A stretch of DNA of 63,686 nt, filler included, from Octopus bimaculoides (taxonomy: Eukaryota): NCBI RefSeq assembly GCF_001194135.2. It is 7 parts of 7 records of this genome, joined end to end, with 100 filler letters (N's around TTAATTAATTAA, not from the genome) between each part and the next. Parts side by side here need not be neighbours in the genome. Positions count along the whole stretch, not along the records: positions 1 to 17,600 come from NC_068993.1; 6 more parts are not named here. One strand, given 5' to 3'. Both the position numbers and the translations under genes were made by a program. The notes below the pieces were generated by a model that worked only from the letters and a program-made list of their open reading frames with translations, was not told the DNA's origin and did no database searches. This document shows, piece by piece, positions 1-12,589 of the stretch. Positions within the stretch are counted from its first letter, which is position 1. The number at the start of each line of letters is the position of its first letter.

Positions 1-806
1 TATTAACCCGGAACTACCAAGCCAATGTGATAAAAAATGGAGCTGACCCACAATGCCGATTCTGTAACGATGCGATTGAAACTATAGACCACCTAATCTC
101 AGGGGGTAGAGTCTTAGCATCTGTAGAATATAAAGCAAGACATGACAGAGTTGGCCAGTATTTACACTGGACAATATGTCGGCATTATAAAATCAAAACC
201 GCTGACAAATGGTATAAACACCATCCTGAAGCTGTGACTGAGGGAGAAAATATATCGATTCTCTGGGACTTCCTCGTACATACTGACAAGGCTATAAAAG
301 CTAATAAACCAGATATTATTATAAAAGATCAGAAAAAGCAGATGTGTTTATTAATTGACATGAGTATTCCCTGCGATCATAATATAGTGGCGAAAGAATT
401 TGACAAGATCAGTAAATATAAAGACTTGCTTATAGAAATTGAAAAAATGTGGCACCTCAAGGCGACTACCATACCAGTGATTATAGGATCTCTAGGAATG
501 ATAAAAAAAGGTACTGAAACCTATTTGAAAATGATACCAGGCTTACCATCCCTACAGGAAGTGCAAAAAATCGTGTTAACTGGAACGACTTATGTACTGA
601 GAAGAGCATTATCGCTGTGAAAACAACATCCATTCATGAATTTTTTTTATTTATCAATTTTTTTTTAAATACATATTTTGCCTGTGAATTTGCATGTGTA
701 AACTGGGAGTGCATACAATAAGTTTCTCAGAAAACACTCGGCGAGAAATGGAAGAAAATTTGAAGAAAGAAGAAAAAAAACAACACAATAATAATAATAA
801 CAATAA
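1..806 (+). mobile_element. R4/Dong-like non-LTR retrotransposon, 3' end (RLE endonuclease ORF 27..620, 3'UTR, (AAT)n tail)
   Basis: ORF has the zinc-knuckle region CRFC..ETIDHLI, RHD.V..LHW, and the PD-(D/E)xK-type nuclease KPDIII..LIDMSIP..E..KI.KY; followed by a 3'UTR ending in AAT repeats at ~786-806. Confidence 0.85.
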
Positions 807-1220
807 TCCTTTCTACAATAGGCACTAGGCCTAATATTTTGGAGGAGGGGGCTAATTGATTACATTAACTCAAGTGCTTGATTGGTATTTATTTCATCAA
901 CCCTGAAAGGATGAAAGACAAAGTTGACCTTGGTGGAATTTAAACTCAGAATGTAGACAGGCTGCTAAACATTCTGTCCAGTGCACTAATGATTCTACCA
1001 GCTCACTACCTTAATAGTAATTATATCATTAATAATAATAATGGTTTCAAATTTTAGCACAAGGCCAGTAACTTTAGGGAAAAGGTAGGTCAATTACATT
1101 AATTCTGAAAGGATGAAGGCAAAGATGACCCTGGCAGAATTTGAATTCAGATGTAGTCGGAAGGAATACTGCTAAGCATTTTGTCTGGCATGCTAACAAT
1201 TCTGCCAGCTCACTGCCTTT
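807..1220 (-). mobile_element. Two head-to-tail copies of tRNA-derived SINE family A (~807-1012, ~1040-1220)
   Basis: Reverse complement of the family core GACTTTGCCTTTCATCCTTTCGGGGTCGATAAA with A-box/B-box-like head; AAT-rich spacers. Confidence 0.85.
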
Positions 1221-1228
1221 ATAATAAT

Positions 1229-1690
1229 AATCTTTTGTTTATTGGCCACAAGGGCTAAAAACAAGACAAAAAGGGACAATACAAAACAAGGAAGAATTGG
1301 GGCTTAGCACAAAAATACATGTGTACAATAAAAACAATAACAACATCAAGATTTAAACAACAAAATTTCCCCAGAGGGGTGGAAAATTCCCCCCAGGGCT
1401 GACCAAGGAACTTCACACATCTTGATCACCTTGACTGCCAAGGGCACCTCAGGCATACACCTCTCTCCCAGACCTACAAGTGTATGTTCAGAGAAGGCCC
1501 ATTCATATGGGCCCCTCCCTCCTACTTTTCAACAAAAATACTGGGGGAAGGCAAAACTTCCCTCTCTACCCTCACTTTCTTTTTCAACTGGAGCTTGACC
1601 AAAGAGAAATGTATCTGTTTTCAGTCTTGTCAACCTCATCCACCACACTAACTCTTTTGGCATAGTCACTACACAGAGGCAAACTGGCTT
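1229..1690 (-). mobile_element. Tx1/L1-like LINE 3' fragment (copy 1)
   Basis: Homologous by eye to 8190-8700 and 53128-53700; minus-strand end reads AGCCCTTGTGGCCAATAAACAAAAGATTATTATT. Confidence 0.65.
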
Positions 1691-1892
1691 CAACAAATGT
1701 TTTATAACAAAATTAAATAACCAACAACTTTTAGAGACACAAATAAACAGATAAACTTATCAAACCCAACTAGTACAAGTAATAATAGTTACTAGATGGA
1801 CTCATGAAAAATTCACAGAAAACATAAAAAATGTAAGCATCTGTAAATTGTGTGCTGGTGCCATGAGAAATGTTTCTATATTGTGACAGTTA

Positions 1893-2108
1893 AAGGTGGC
1901 GAGCTGGCAGAATCGTTAGCATGCTGGGTGAAATGCTTGGCAATATTTCATCTGTCTTCACGTTCTGCGTTCAAATTCTGCTGAGGTTGACTTTGCCTTT
2001 CATCCTTTCGTGGTCAATAAATTAAGTACCAGTTGCATACTGGAGTCAATGTAATCAACTGGACCCCTCCTACCAAATACTTCAGGACTTGTACCTATAG
2101 TAGAAAAG
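1893..2108 (+). mobile_element. SINE family A, full-length copy
   Basis: Head GGCGAGCTGGCAGAATCGTTAGC (A box), GTTCAAATTC (B box), central CTTTGCCTTTCATCCTTTCGTGGTCAATAAATTAAGTACCAG, tail CTTGTACCTATAGTAGAAAAG. Confidence 0.85.
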
Positions 2109-2469
2109 TATAATGTGACATTGTGACAGTTACAGAATATAGAAAGAAGTGTAAAACTGATAACTATATAATCCAACCAAAATATCTGTTATGCAAGCGT
2201 AAACAGAATTACTNNNNNNNNNNNNNNNNNNNNNNNNNNNNNNNNNNNNNNNNNNNNNNNNNNNNNNNNNNNNNNNNNNNNNNNNNNNNNNNNNNNNNNN
2301 NNNNNNNNNNNNNNNNNNNNNNNNNNNNNNNNNNNNNNNNNNNNNNNNNNNNNNNNNNNNNNNNNNNNNNNNNNNNNNNNNNNNNNNNNNNNNNNNNNNN
2401 NNNNNNNNNNNNNNNNNNNNNNNNNNNNNNNNNNNNACACACACACACACACACACACACACATATCTA

Positions 2470-2720
2470 TGATGGGCTTGGAGGTGGTAGTGATGTTGGC
2501 TGGTGTGATTTTGTGGTTTGCTGGTATGCTGAGAGAGATCCAGCTCTGTTTCTCATATTTTCTAAGCACATCTACCTTTGCTCTTGATTCATATGTTCTC
2601 AATTCTGTTAATCTCTATCTCTCTTATTTTGAAAATACACTTCTCTTTGGTCCTGGCTCATTCATTCAATCCTTTGCTGATTTCTTTCCCTCCTATGCCA
2701 TAGGATAGGCTCCTTCTCCT
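2470..2720 (-). mobile_element. Degenerate coding fragment with QR/E-rich repeats (STPR/Helitron N-terminus-like)
   Basis: Minus-strand reading MSQDQREVYFQNKRDRD*QN*EHMNQEQR*MCLENMRNRA, interrupted by stops; family assignment is from memory only. Confidence 0.25.
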
Positions 2721-3039
2721 CTTAGCTTATTTTGTTTCTTCTCTTCTCACCCTCACATTATTTTGATACCTTATTTCCACCCCCTGTTCTTTGTGCGCAA
2801 CCATTCTCTCTTTCTATGCTTTCGCTCTCATGTGATTATCAATATTTTAAAACTTGTTATTAAAACAATAAATCTCGAAAATGATTCAGAGTGTTTCAAT
2901 TGAAAAACATATATGAATGTATTAGACAGCTTTTGTTTAAAAGGTGAAAATATTTCTGAAATACTCACCTAATATGCAAGGACACAGTATATAGGATATG
3001 GTAATTAATTATATTGTAGTAAAGTAAAAAGTAAAGGGA

Positions 3040-3653
3040 AAAAATAGAATTAATATTTTTGATTTCATTTGGCTCTATGAATTTAATTTTTTTGAAATGC
3101 TTTCGTCAGTTGTTTGATACAAGAAAAACAAAATAGGAAAAATCCTGACCAAAACTGAGAAATTGTAACTTAGCAAAAAATATAGAAAGAGAAAGTTGCA
3201 TATATTTTCACCATGTGATACTTATCGTGCGCACATACACACACACACACACACACGCACACGCACATACACGCATACACACACATACACGCATACACAC
3301 ACATACACGCATACACACACATACACACACATAGATTCATGTATATGTATGTGTGTGTGTGTGTCTTTTAGTTTTTGTTTATTTATACACATCAACAAAT
3401 GAGCCAATTGAACAACTCTGTGTGGTTATTCAGTTTGCTAGAAATAACAGCCAAATCTCTCTCATAGTATGTTCTTGTTAGTATTATGGAAAGAGAAAAA
3501 ATAGAATTAATATTTTTGATTTTGTTCAGCTCTATGAATATAATTTTTTTTAAAATGTTTTCGTCCATTACTTGATACAAGAAAAAAGAAATTGGAAAAA
3601 TCCTGACCAAAACAGAGAAATTGTAACTTAGCAAAAACTATAGAAAGAGAAAG
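3040..3653. repeat. Diverged ~155-bp direct repeat (3040-3195 and 3496-3653)
   Basis: Both copies read AAAATAGAATTAATATTTTTGATTT...ATCCTGACCAAAAC.GAGAAATTGTAACTTAGCAAAAA..TATAGAAAGAGAAAG with scattered substitutions. Confidence 0.85.
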
Positions 3654-3738
3654 AAAAGGTTGTATTCAAAAGCCAAAAGATATTTTTTAGCTGAGGTGTA
3701 ATTTCATAATTAAAACAAATTCAAAATTTAAATTTCAG

Positions 3739-3783
3739 ACTTACCATGTTATCTGGTGTATGGGTGAATTCAAATGGGTAGAA
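3739..3783. CDS. Candidate exon fragment cut by a gap, strand unresolved
   Basis: Plus: TTTAAATTTCAG acceptor then open TYHVIWCMGEFKWVE. Minus: open frame ending at 3745 with ATG|GTAAGT donor (FYPFEFTHTPDNM or STHLNSPIHQITW). Confidence 0.3.
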
Positions 3784-4304
3784 NNNNNNNNNNNNNNNNN
3801 NNNNNNNNNNNNNNNNNNNNNNNNNNNNNNNNNNNNNNNNNNNNNNNNNNNNNNNNNNNNNNNNNNNNNNGTGTGTGTGTCTGTGTGTGTGTGTGTGTGT
3901 GTCTGTGGTTGGGCCTTTAATAGCCTGGGGTCAATTTCAGTTCAATCGTAGAAAGGAATTCAAATACCTATCAGCCACTCTGAAAAGACAGTTTTATGTT
4001 GTCATCTCTCTCTCTCTCTCATTCTCTCTCACTTTCTTTGACACACACATCGAATTTCAGTATCTTAATTTTCTAATTAAGATCATTGATGCTTTGGTGG
4101 CCCAGTAGGCATGGGTGTTGAGAAGTAGTAATACAACTCATAGGTGGTGGTTTCAAATCTTTTCCAGATATTACAAGAGATCTAGTTTTAAATTTTTATT
4201 TAACCAACAAAATTTCTTTCAACAATTTCTATCTCTTAAGCATGACACATGCATCAGGTATGTACAAAAAACAAATTGGCATATTAATATTATTGATAAG
4301 AAAA

Positions 4305-4652
4305 TTTTGTTTAGCGAAATTGTACACCCCTCCCAGTAAAAAGTGATAGTAGCCAGCCATTATAAATAGACCAGTAACTGATTGATAAGGAGAAGGTCAG
4401 AAGGTCAGAAGGTCGAGAGTACATGCAGACTGTGTTGATAGTCATGTTTGTGCTGATATAATAATTATACTGTGATACTGAGTGGACATTATAACTATTC
4501 AACCTTTTGAGGATAATAACACTATGACTGGGAGTCATACAGTGCCAGATAGAACCATTCTATTGACAACTTCAGAATATAACAATATCTGTCAGAGTGA
4601 CAACTGGCATCAAAAGACAGATAATACAGTGGCAAAAGACTGCTTTACAACA
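4305..4652 (+). repeat. 5' LTR
   Basis: Aligns with 7170-7496; ends ...CTTTACAACA; contains TATAAATA; first TG mutated to TT. Confidence 0.9.
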
Positions 4653-7169
4653 GTGGCAATGAGGAAAAACAAATTTACACATGAAAAAGGCCACATATCA
4701 TTCCCACGGAGAGTTTAAAGTGATTCACATGGAAAATTAAATACCACGACAAAAAAAAAAAAAATCTTATTGTGCAAACTTACAAAAATTGTAAAATATG
4801 GAAGACTTGTTAGCTGGGATAGTTGAGTTGCAAAAACAGTAACAACAACAACAACTTGAGGAATGAGAACAACAAGGACTGCAGCAGCAAGTGTTACAAA
4901 TAATGAAATTGATAACCAAACCAGAGAATTTTCACCCGACCATGTAGCAAATTCCATAAGTGAATTCAAATATGGCTCCGAAGAAGGAGTAACCTTCGAG
5001 GCTTACTTTCAAAGATTTCAACAAATTTTTGAAAAAGAATCTCAGGATTAGACAGATGAAAGGAAAACACGTCTAGTTTTAAGAAAACTAAAGACAGCAG
5101 AGCATGAGAAGTATAGTAACTTCATATTGCCAAAAAAAGCATCCAACTTAAATTTCACTGACACAGTAGACATTTTGTATAAAATGTTTAGTGAAAAGAG
5201 CTCACTGTTTAATACTAGACGGAAATGATTAAACATAGAAAAGAGCGAAAATGAAGACTTCACTACTTACACAGGTAGAGTCAACAAAGAATGTGAGATA
5301 TTTATGCTAAACATGCTTACTTTAGGTTCTTTCAAGTATTTGATTTTTGCACAAGGATTGACAGATAGAAAGGAAGCAAAAATCTGAATGGATATTCTAT
5401 CAAAACTGGAAATGAACCAGGATTTGACATTGCAGAAACTGTGAGAAGTGTGTGATAGGATATTAAAATTAAGGCATGACATGGAAGAAATTCAGCAGAA
5501 AGATTGTTTCCACATAAGACCAGTGCAAAAAAGTCAGAAGACAGATAAAGTGTTGCAGGAAAAACAGAAAAAATATTGGGATGTAGACCGATGTATAGCA
5601 TGTGGTAGGATGCACCAAATAGTTTGTCAGCAGGAGAAGTTGTGACTACAACAAACAGAAAATTTGTGAATGTGAGAATTAAAAACGCTAGTGTCAGAAT
5701 GCAATTAGACATGGGAAGTGATATCACAATCATAAATGAGAAAGCATGGGAACAAATGGGTAAACCAAAATTATGTAGCTTGAACAGAATAATGTACAGT
5801 GTTAAGAGAAGAAAATTATATTTCATGAGTGAATGCATTTGTAATATAATGTTCAAAGGTCGAACCAAAAAAGTGAATGTTTATGTGTTGAAAAAATCCA
5901 TGAATTTCTTTGGAACAGAATGTATGAAGAAATTTAATTTATGGGATACACCCATAAGTGCTTTGTGCAATAGCATAAATGGAGCAGTCAAATGATCAAA
6001 CAAGGTTGAACTGAAACAAAAAAAGTGATGTGGAACATCATGTGTTAACTACCAGTAACTTTGGAAGAAATAAAAAGAAACGCGAGAGATGACAAATTTA
6101 TTCATGAGACAAAAAGAAAACTGGTCGACAAAAGGAAATAACGAAAGGTCTGATGCAAAGAACTGCCAAGATGTGATAGTGTACTAGTGTACACTCAGAG
6201 GGTGGTCATACCACAGACATTACAGAAGAGAATGCTAGAAGAGTTCCATGTGAGAACCCAGGCATCTCTAGAATGAAAGCAATGATGCAAAGTATGCTGG
6301 CCAAGCATGGACAAGGAAGTTGAAAATTTGGTAAAAGTATGCAGAGGATGAGTGTCGGCAGTGAAACTACCTGATACAAAATATGAACCTTGGCCGGAAG
6401 TGAAAATACCATGGTCCTGATTGTATATCGATTTTTGCAGGCCCAGTAAATGGATATTATTACTTAATAGTAGTGGACAGCTACAAATAATGGCCTGAGG
6501 TCATGAGATGTAAGCGACCAACCTCATATACAGTAATAGACTTCTTACATAAGCTGTTCGCAAGATTTGGTGTAACGGATATGATTGTCTCTGATAATGG
6601 AACACAGTTTGTATCCTGTGAATTTAAAAGATTCTGTGAGATGTTCACATTAGAACATAAAACTATAGCACTGTACCACCCTAGATTGAACGGAAGGGCT
6701 GAACAGTTCATGGACACTTTTAAGAGAGCTTTAAAGAAAGCTAATAAGGTCATAATCCAACAATTCTTAAGGGTATACAGGGTAACTCTGAACCCAAATG
6801 CACCAGAAGGAAGTTCACCAGCAGAATTAATGTTGACCAGAAAGGTGAAGTCAGTATTCAATAAACTATTACCAGTAAAGTAAAAAAAATATGTGCTAGT
6901 AAATACATGCCAAAATTCTTTAGAATTGGTGATAAGGTATATGTAAGAATGGAATGGAAAGGAAAAATAGAAATCAGCTTAAGGAAAGGAGTCAACAAGA
7001 GCAGAAATACCAATGGGTTGGCTATATGACACATTCCAGGAAGAACACTGAACTCTTAAAAGTAGACCCTAAGAAGGAAAGATATTGAGTATATCTATAC
7101 TAAAAAAAAAAAAAAAAGACAGGGTAAATAGAATAAATTGATTGTTAATAAAAAAATTAAAAGGGGCGA

Positions 7170-7496
7170 TGTTGTATAGTGAAACTGTACACCCCTCCCG
7201 GTAAAAAGTGGTAGTGGCCAGCCATTATAAATAGACCAGTAACCGGTCAACAAGGAGAAGGTCAGAAGGTTGAGAGTATGTGTAGACTGTGTAGATAGTC
7301 GTGTTTGTACTGATATAATAATTATACTGTGATACTGAGTGGACGATATAATGATCCAACCTTTTGAGGATAATAACATTGTATGACTGGGGGTCGTACA
7401 GTGCAAGATAGAACCATTCTATTGACAACTTCAGAATATAACAATAACCATCATCAAACGACAGATACAACGGTGGCAAAAGACCGCTTTACAGCA
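7170..7496 (+). repeat. 3' LTR
   Basis: TG...CA termini, directly preceded by the polypurine tract. Confidence 0.9.
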
Positions 7497-8190
7497 GAAA
7501 ACCAAATCAGTGAAAAACGATATATATCATACAAGTGCAACAAATCTCTGCAGAATGTGTGGGAAGAAGTTTGAAAGCATAACTCACATGGTTAGTGCTT
7601 ACAAAAGTTTGCACAGAAAAAGTACAAGCACAGATACAATAAAGTAGCTCTAAACCTTCACTGGCTACTATGCCTGAAGTATGGATATGAGCTAACAGGT
7701 GCTTGGTATCGACACACAAAGGATATGGATGAAAATGGAAAGGCAAAGATTCTCTGTGACTTTGACTTCCAGAGAGACAATGTGTTACAGCACCAAAGTA
7801 ACCTTTGAGAAGGACAAGTAAGACTGCCTAATAATTGACAGGGCAGTGCCAGGAGATCAACATATTATCATGAAAGAAAGAGAAAAGGTCAACAAATATG
7901 GAGACCTGAAAATTTAGATTGCCAAGATGAAGTAGCTGCAACATAAAGGTCATTCCTGTTATCAGAGCATTGGATTCAAACCACTCAACCAGAAGAAACA
8001 TCTGGACCCTTTAGAAATATCCTACAATCTTGGTGTATTGCAAAAATTGGCTTTACTTTACATGCACACTATGTAAAGTGCTCTCTGTCTGAAGTCTTTG
8101 TTGCAGCTTGACAGACAGCACAAACACTCAGTACACATATCTTCAAACTACATCATCACAATATTGGATTCTGTGTGATATCTTCAATAA
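7497..8190 (+). mobile_element. R4/Dong-like LINE 3' fragment, degenerate (copy 2)
   Basis: Frameshifted translation includes NLCRMC..FESITH, LHWLLC, CLIIDRAVPGD, EKVNKYGDL; ends at AATAATAATAAT ~8186. Confidence 0.75.
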
Positions 8191-9710
8191 TAATAATGAT
8201 CCTTTCTTTATGAGCCACAAGGGTCAACAAAAATAAGATTTGACATTACAAAACATGAAGGACAAAGTGGGTTTACATAAAGTGTCATGTAAAAAGTCGA
8301 GAACAAGAAAAATATAACAAAGAAAATGCCCAAAAGAGGCAAACAACTTAGGCTACTCATGGAGACCTCATGAAAAATCCACAAGCACCCTGACCACTGG
8401 GGCAAGATCTCTCTCCCCCATCTTTCTCCCTCAGTCAGCCTTGAAAACTCAAAAGTGCATGCTCAAAGTAGGCCCACTGACATGGGCCATCTTCACCATA
8501 TTCACCCACCTTTCAACAAATTTGCCAGAAGTCAACACTTCTCTCTCAACCTCCACTTTCCGTTTCAGATGATATCTGAAAAAGTTGATGAGGGGAAGGC
8601 CAAAGAGGAAAGTATTTATCTTCAGCCCTTTCAGTCTAGACTGCCACACAACCTCTTTCACTACAACCATGAGACAGATGAAAATTACCTCCCTTTGCCA
8701 GCCAAAGGAAAGCAGCAGGACAATCCTGATGAGGGAATCAGCAGACAAGTGGACATGTCCTATACATGACAGTAGGTGTTTGACATAAACCCATATATCA
8801 TATATGCTCAGGCAATGGACAAGTGCAGAATAGTTTCATCACTCTGCGCACATCTCAGACAGGTCCAACTAACGACACTTACAAAGCACCCCCAATAGCA
8901 TTGCCAGACTGCCGGGCCAGGGATTACTGGAAGGTATCGATAGGCACCAGCCCGAAAGTCCTCCAAAACAGATTGGCGAGTTGAAATTCATTGACGTCTA
9001 GAGTCTCCCTGAGAACATCATCATTTCTTTTCCCCACTAACCCTCTATACAATGCCATAGTAGAACTTCCACTAACTGCATTGCCCGACTGGCTGAGGAG
9101 TGCAAGCACCTGGCAACACTCAAGCTACCAGACACCCAGCCTTGGTCTATGCTTGATCCAAGATTGCAGCTCACTCAAAAAGATGAGCTGTGGGAAAGAG
9201 AGTCTGACAAATGGCAACCACACCTGTTCACTGCCATCGAGGAAATGCTGGATGTGCTGCAGCTTCAGCACATGTCTGTGCATCAATAGCCATGGCATAC
9301 CCAGCCCACCGTTCATAGGGTGTTGACAGCAAATGGAGCACCTGACCAGTGGAGTCTATCCGTTCCATAAAAGGCAGGAAAGCAAATGCTCCAGCTTGAC
9401 CAAGTACGAATTGGGGCAAGGGACAATGATGAGGCAGTAGCAAATGACCAAGGCAATATATGTGTTCGCCACCTCTGCCAAACCTTTCAAGGATAGCTTC
9501 CACTCAGCCTATTTCTGGGTGAGACTGACTACCCTGCTCATCACCTCACTCCAGTTCTTCTCCAGTTGGAGATCTGGTCAGAACCAGACTGAGTAATTTT
9601 ACAGGCCCAACTGTCTAACGTCCTATAATGCTGTTGGTTGGCATAGATCTACCTCCCCCAAGTGCTGAGCTGCAGGCCTACTGACTTTTCCGGATTAATC
9701 TTTGCTCCCA
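8190..9710 (-). mobile_element. Tx1/L1-like LINE 3' portion (copy 2)
   Basis: Minus strand: GAKINPEKSVGLQL (post-RT motif) near 9700; C-terminal LINFFRYHLKRKVEVEREVL...FVERW; tail CCCTTGTGGCTCATAAAGAAAGGATCATTATT. Confidence 0.7.
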
Positions 9711-9717
9711 TTACTTC

Positions 9718-12545
9718 CTCATCATAATCATCGTCGTCGTTTAACGTCCGCTTTCCATGCTAGCATGGGTTGGACGATTTGAATGAGGACTGGTGGACCA
9801 GGTGGCTACACCAGGCTCCAATCTGATTTGGCAGAGTTTCTACAGCTGGATGCCCTTCCTAACGCCAACCACTCCGAGAGTGTAGTGGGTGCTTTTACGT
9901 GCCACCGGCATGAAGGCCAGTTAGGGGGTACTGGCAACAGCTACACTCAAAATGGTGTATTTTACNNNNNNNNNNNNNNNNNNNNNNNNNNNNNNNNNNN
10001 NNNNNNNNNNNNNNNNNNNNNNNNNNNNNNNNNNNNNNNNNNNNNNNNNNNNNNNNNNNNNNNNNNNNNNNNNNNNNNNNNNNNNNNNNNNNNNNNNNNN
10101 NNNNNNNNNNNNNNNNNNNNNNNNNNNNNNNNNNNNNNNNNNNNNNNNNNNNNNNNNNNNNNNNNNNNNNNNNNNNNNNNNNNNNNNNNNNNNNNNNNNN
10201 NNNNNNNNNNNNNNNNNNNNNNNNNNNNNNNNNNNNNNNNNNNNNNNNNNNNNNNNNNNNNNNNNNNNNNNNNNNNNGCTTTCGCTTGCCCCAACAGGTC
10301 TTCGCAAGCCAAGTTTAGTGTTCCTACAAATTTAGTTCGATTTCGATTTCACTTGCCTCAACAGGTCTTCGCAAGCAGAGTTTAGTGTCCAATAAAGGAA
10401 TGTTACGCGTAAGTGGGCTGGCTACATCCCTGGCAGAGGCTTTGGATTTTGGTCTCACTTGGCCTGCTGGATCTTCTCACACACAGCATATTTCCAAAGG
10501 TCCCGGTCATAAGTCCTGGCCTCGGTGATGCCTAATTTTCGGAGGTCGTATTTCACCACCTCATCCCAGGTCTTCCAAGGCCTGCCTTGTCTACAGGTTC
10601 CCTCAATTGCTAGGGTGTGGCACTTTTTCACGTGCTATCCTCATCCATTCTCGCCACATGTCCATACCAGCGCAATCATCTCTCTTGCACACCACAACTG
10701 ATGCTTCTTAAGTTCAACTTTTCTCTCAAGATACTTACACTCTGTCGAGTATGCACACTGACATTACTCATCCATCGGAGCATACTGGCTTCATTCCTTG
10801 TGAGCTTACGCATGTCCTCAGCAGTCACGGCCCATGTTTCACTGCCATGTAGCATGGCTGTTTGTACACATGCATCATACAGTCTGCCTTTTACTCTGAG
10901 TGAGAGAGCCTTTGTGGCCAGCAGAGGTAAGAGCTCTCTGAACTTTGCGCAGGCTATTCTTATTCTAGCAGCTACACTTTCAGCGCACCCACCCCCACTA
11001 CTAACTTGGTCACCCAGATAGCGGAAGCTATCAACTACTTCTAGTTTTTCTCCCTGGAATGAGACAGAAGTTGCTTTCTGCACATTTACAGTGTTTATTG
11101 CTCCTGAACATCTGCCACATATAAAAACTAACTTCCTAGTTAACCTGCCTTTGATATTGCTGCACCTCATATGTGTTCATAGCTTACACTTGGTACATCT
11201 TATAGAGTTTCTACCTACACCTTTTCTACAGATCGAGCAGGGCCATCTACCTNNNNNNNNNNNNNNNNNNNNNNNNNNNNNNNNNNNNNNNNNNNNNNNN
11301 NNNNNNNNNNNNNNNNNNNNNNNNNNNCCTGGAGGACTATGATAAATAGGAGGGGGCTGAGGACAGAACCTTGGCGGACCCCTACCTCTGCCTGGAATTC
11401 TTCACTGTACTCATTGCCAACCCTCACCTTACTGACAGCCTCTCTGTACATGGCTCGCACAGCTCTCACTAACCATTCTTCTATCCCGAGTTTCCTCATT
11501 GACCACCAGATAAGGGATCAGGGAACCCTGTCAAAGGCTTTCTCCATGTCAATGAAAGCCAGTTACAGAGGTTTATCCTTGGCTAGGTATTTCTCCTGCA
11601 GCTGTCTTACCAGAAATATAGCATCAATGGTACTTTTCCCTGGCACAAACCCAAACTGCATCTCATCTAAACGGACTCGCTCCCTAATTAGTTGGGCTAT
11701 GACCCTCTCTATGATTTTCATTACCTGATCTAACAGCTTGATACCTCTGTAATTATTTGTATCTAAAGTGTCACCTTTACCTTTGTAGCAGTTGACTATG
11801 GTGCTGCTACACCTGTCATTGGGTATGACTCCTTTGTGTATCACCTGATTAGCAATATGGGTGACTAGGCTATAGCCGACACTGCCAGATATTTTGAGCA
11901 TCTCTGCAGTGATTCCTGATAGGCCGGGGGCTTTCCCTGTCTTCATATTCTTAATTGCTTTATCTACCATGGTACTGTCAACTCGGATAGCTGGTCCCTC
12001 TGTTGGGTCGACATTCGGCAGACTCTCTTTCTCCCATTCATTCTCTTTATTAAGCAACCTTTCGTAGTGGCGTCTTCATACCTCTTTCTTTGCAGCCTCG
12101 TTTTGTGCAAGCATACCATCATCCATGCAAACACATTTCTCTCCTACGACATCGCAATTCCCTCACACACTGTCTTGCAACACGAAATACCTCAAGTCTT
12201 TGGTCCTCACAGCGCAGAACATTGGCAAATTTTTTCTTATCTGCTTCCCCTCTGGCTAAATAAACCTGTCTCCTAGCTTCCCTTCTAGCAGTCTGATACA
12301 ATTCCTTGCTACCTCCATTCTTCCAGTCCTTCCAAGCCTGTTTCTTTTGTCTAATAGGCCTGTCTACCATCTTGTTCCACCACCACATTACTTTGAGTCG
12401 AGAGGGGACTTTACACCAGCCACAGATCTAGTCAGTGGCTCTTAGCAGTTTGTCCCGCAGAAACCTCCAATTGTCTTCCACGTTGTATGATGCTATATCC
12501 CCTTCTATTTTGTCAAATGCTTTCATAATAGTGCTGACTAGGTCA
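9718..12545 (-). mobile_element. RTE-clade LINE, 5'-truncated, frameshifted
   Basis: RT motifs DEMQFGFVPGKSTIDAIF and GVRQGSVLSPLLFIIVL; post-RT VVDSFRYLG and AMLHGSETW; long 3'UTR ending in a (GAT/GAC)n tail at ~9720-9740. Confidence 0.9.
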
Positions 12546-12589
12546 GCCTTTCCTTCCCAGTTAAAGAAAGGCAGTGGGGTGATTTTATA

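Larger units (their letters stand above)
4305..7496 (+). mobile_element. Gypsy/Ty3 LTR retrotransposon, internally deleted (gag-PR-IN, no RT/RNaseH), degenerate
   Basis: LTRs 4305-4652 and 7170-7496; GAAAA TSD at 4300-4304 and 7497-7501; PBS-like TGGCAATGAGG at 4654; PPT AAAAGGGGCGA before 7170; gag (F.Y..EEGVTFEAYF.RF), protease (VRMQLDMGSDITIIN), integrase (HPGISRMKA; IVSDNGTQF; HPRLNGRAEQFMDTFK). Confidence 0.92.

Noticed and set aside
27-620. 197-aa ORF as a host gene
   Set aside because: It is the RLE domain of an R4/Dong-like element; three more degenerate copies occur in the window.
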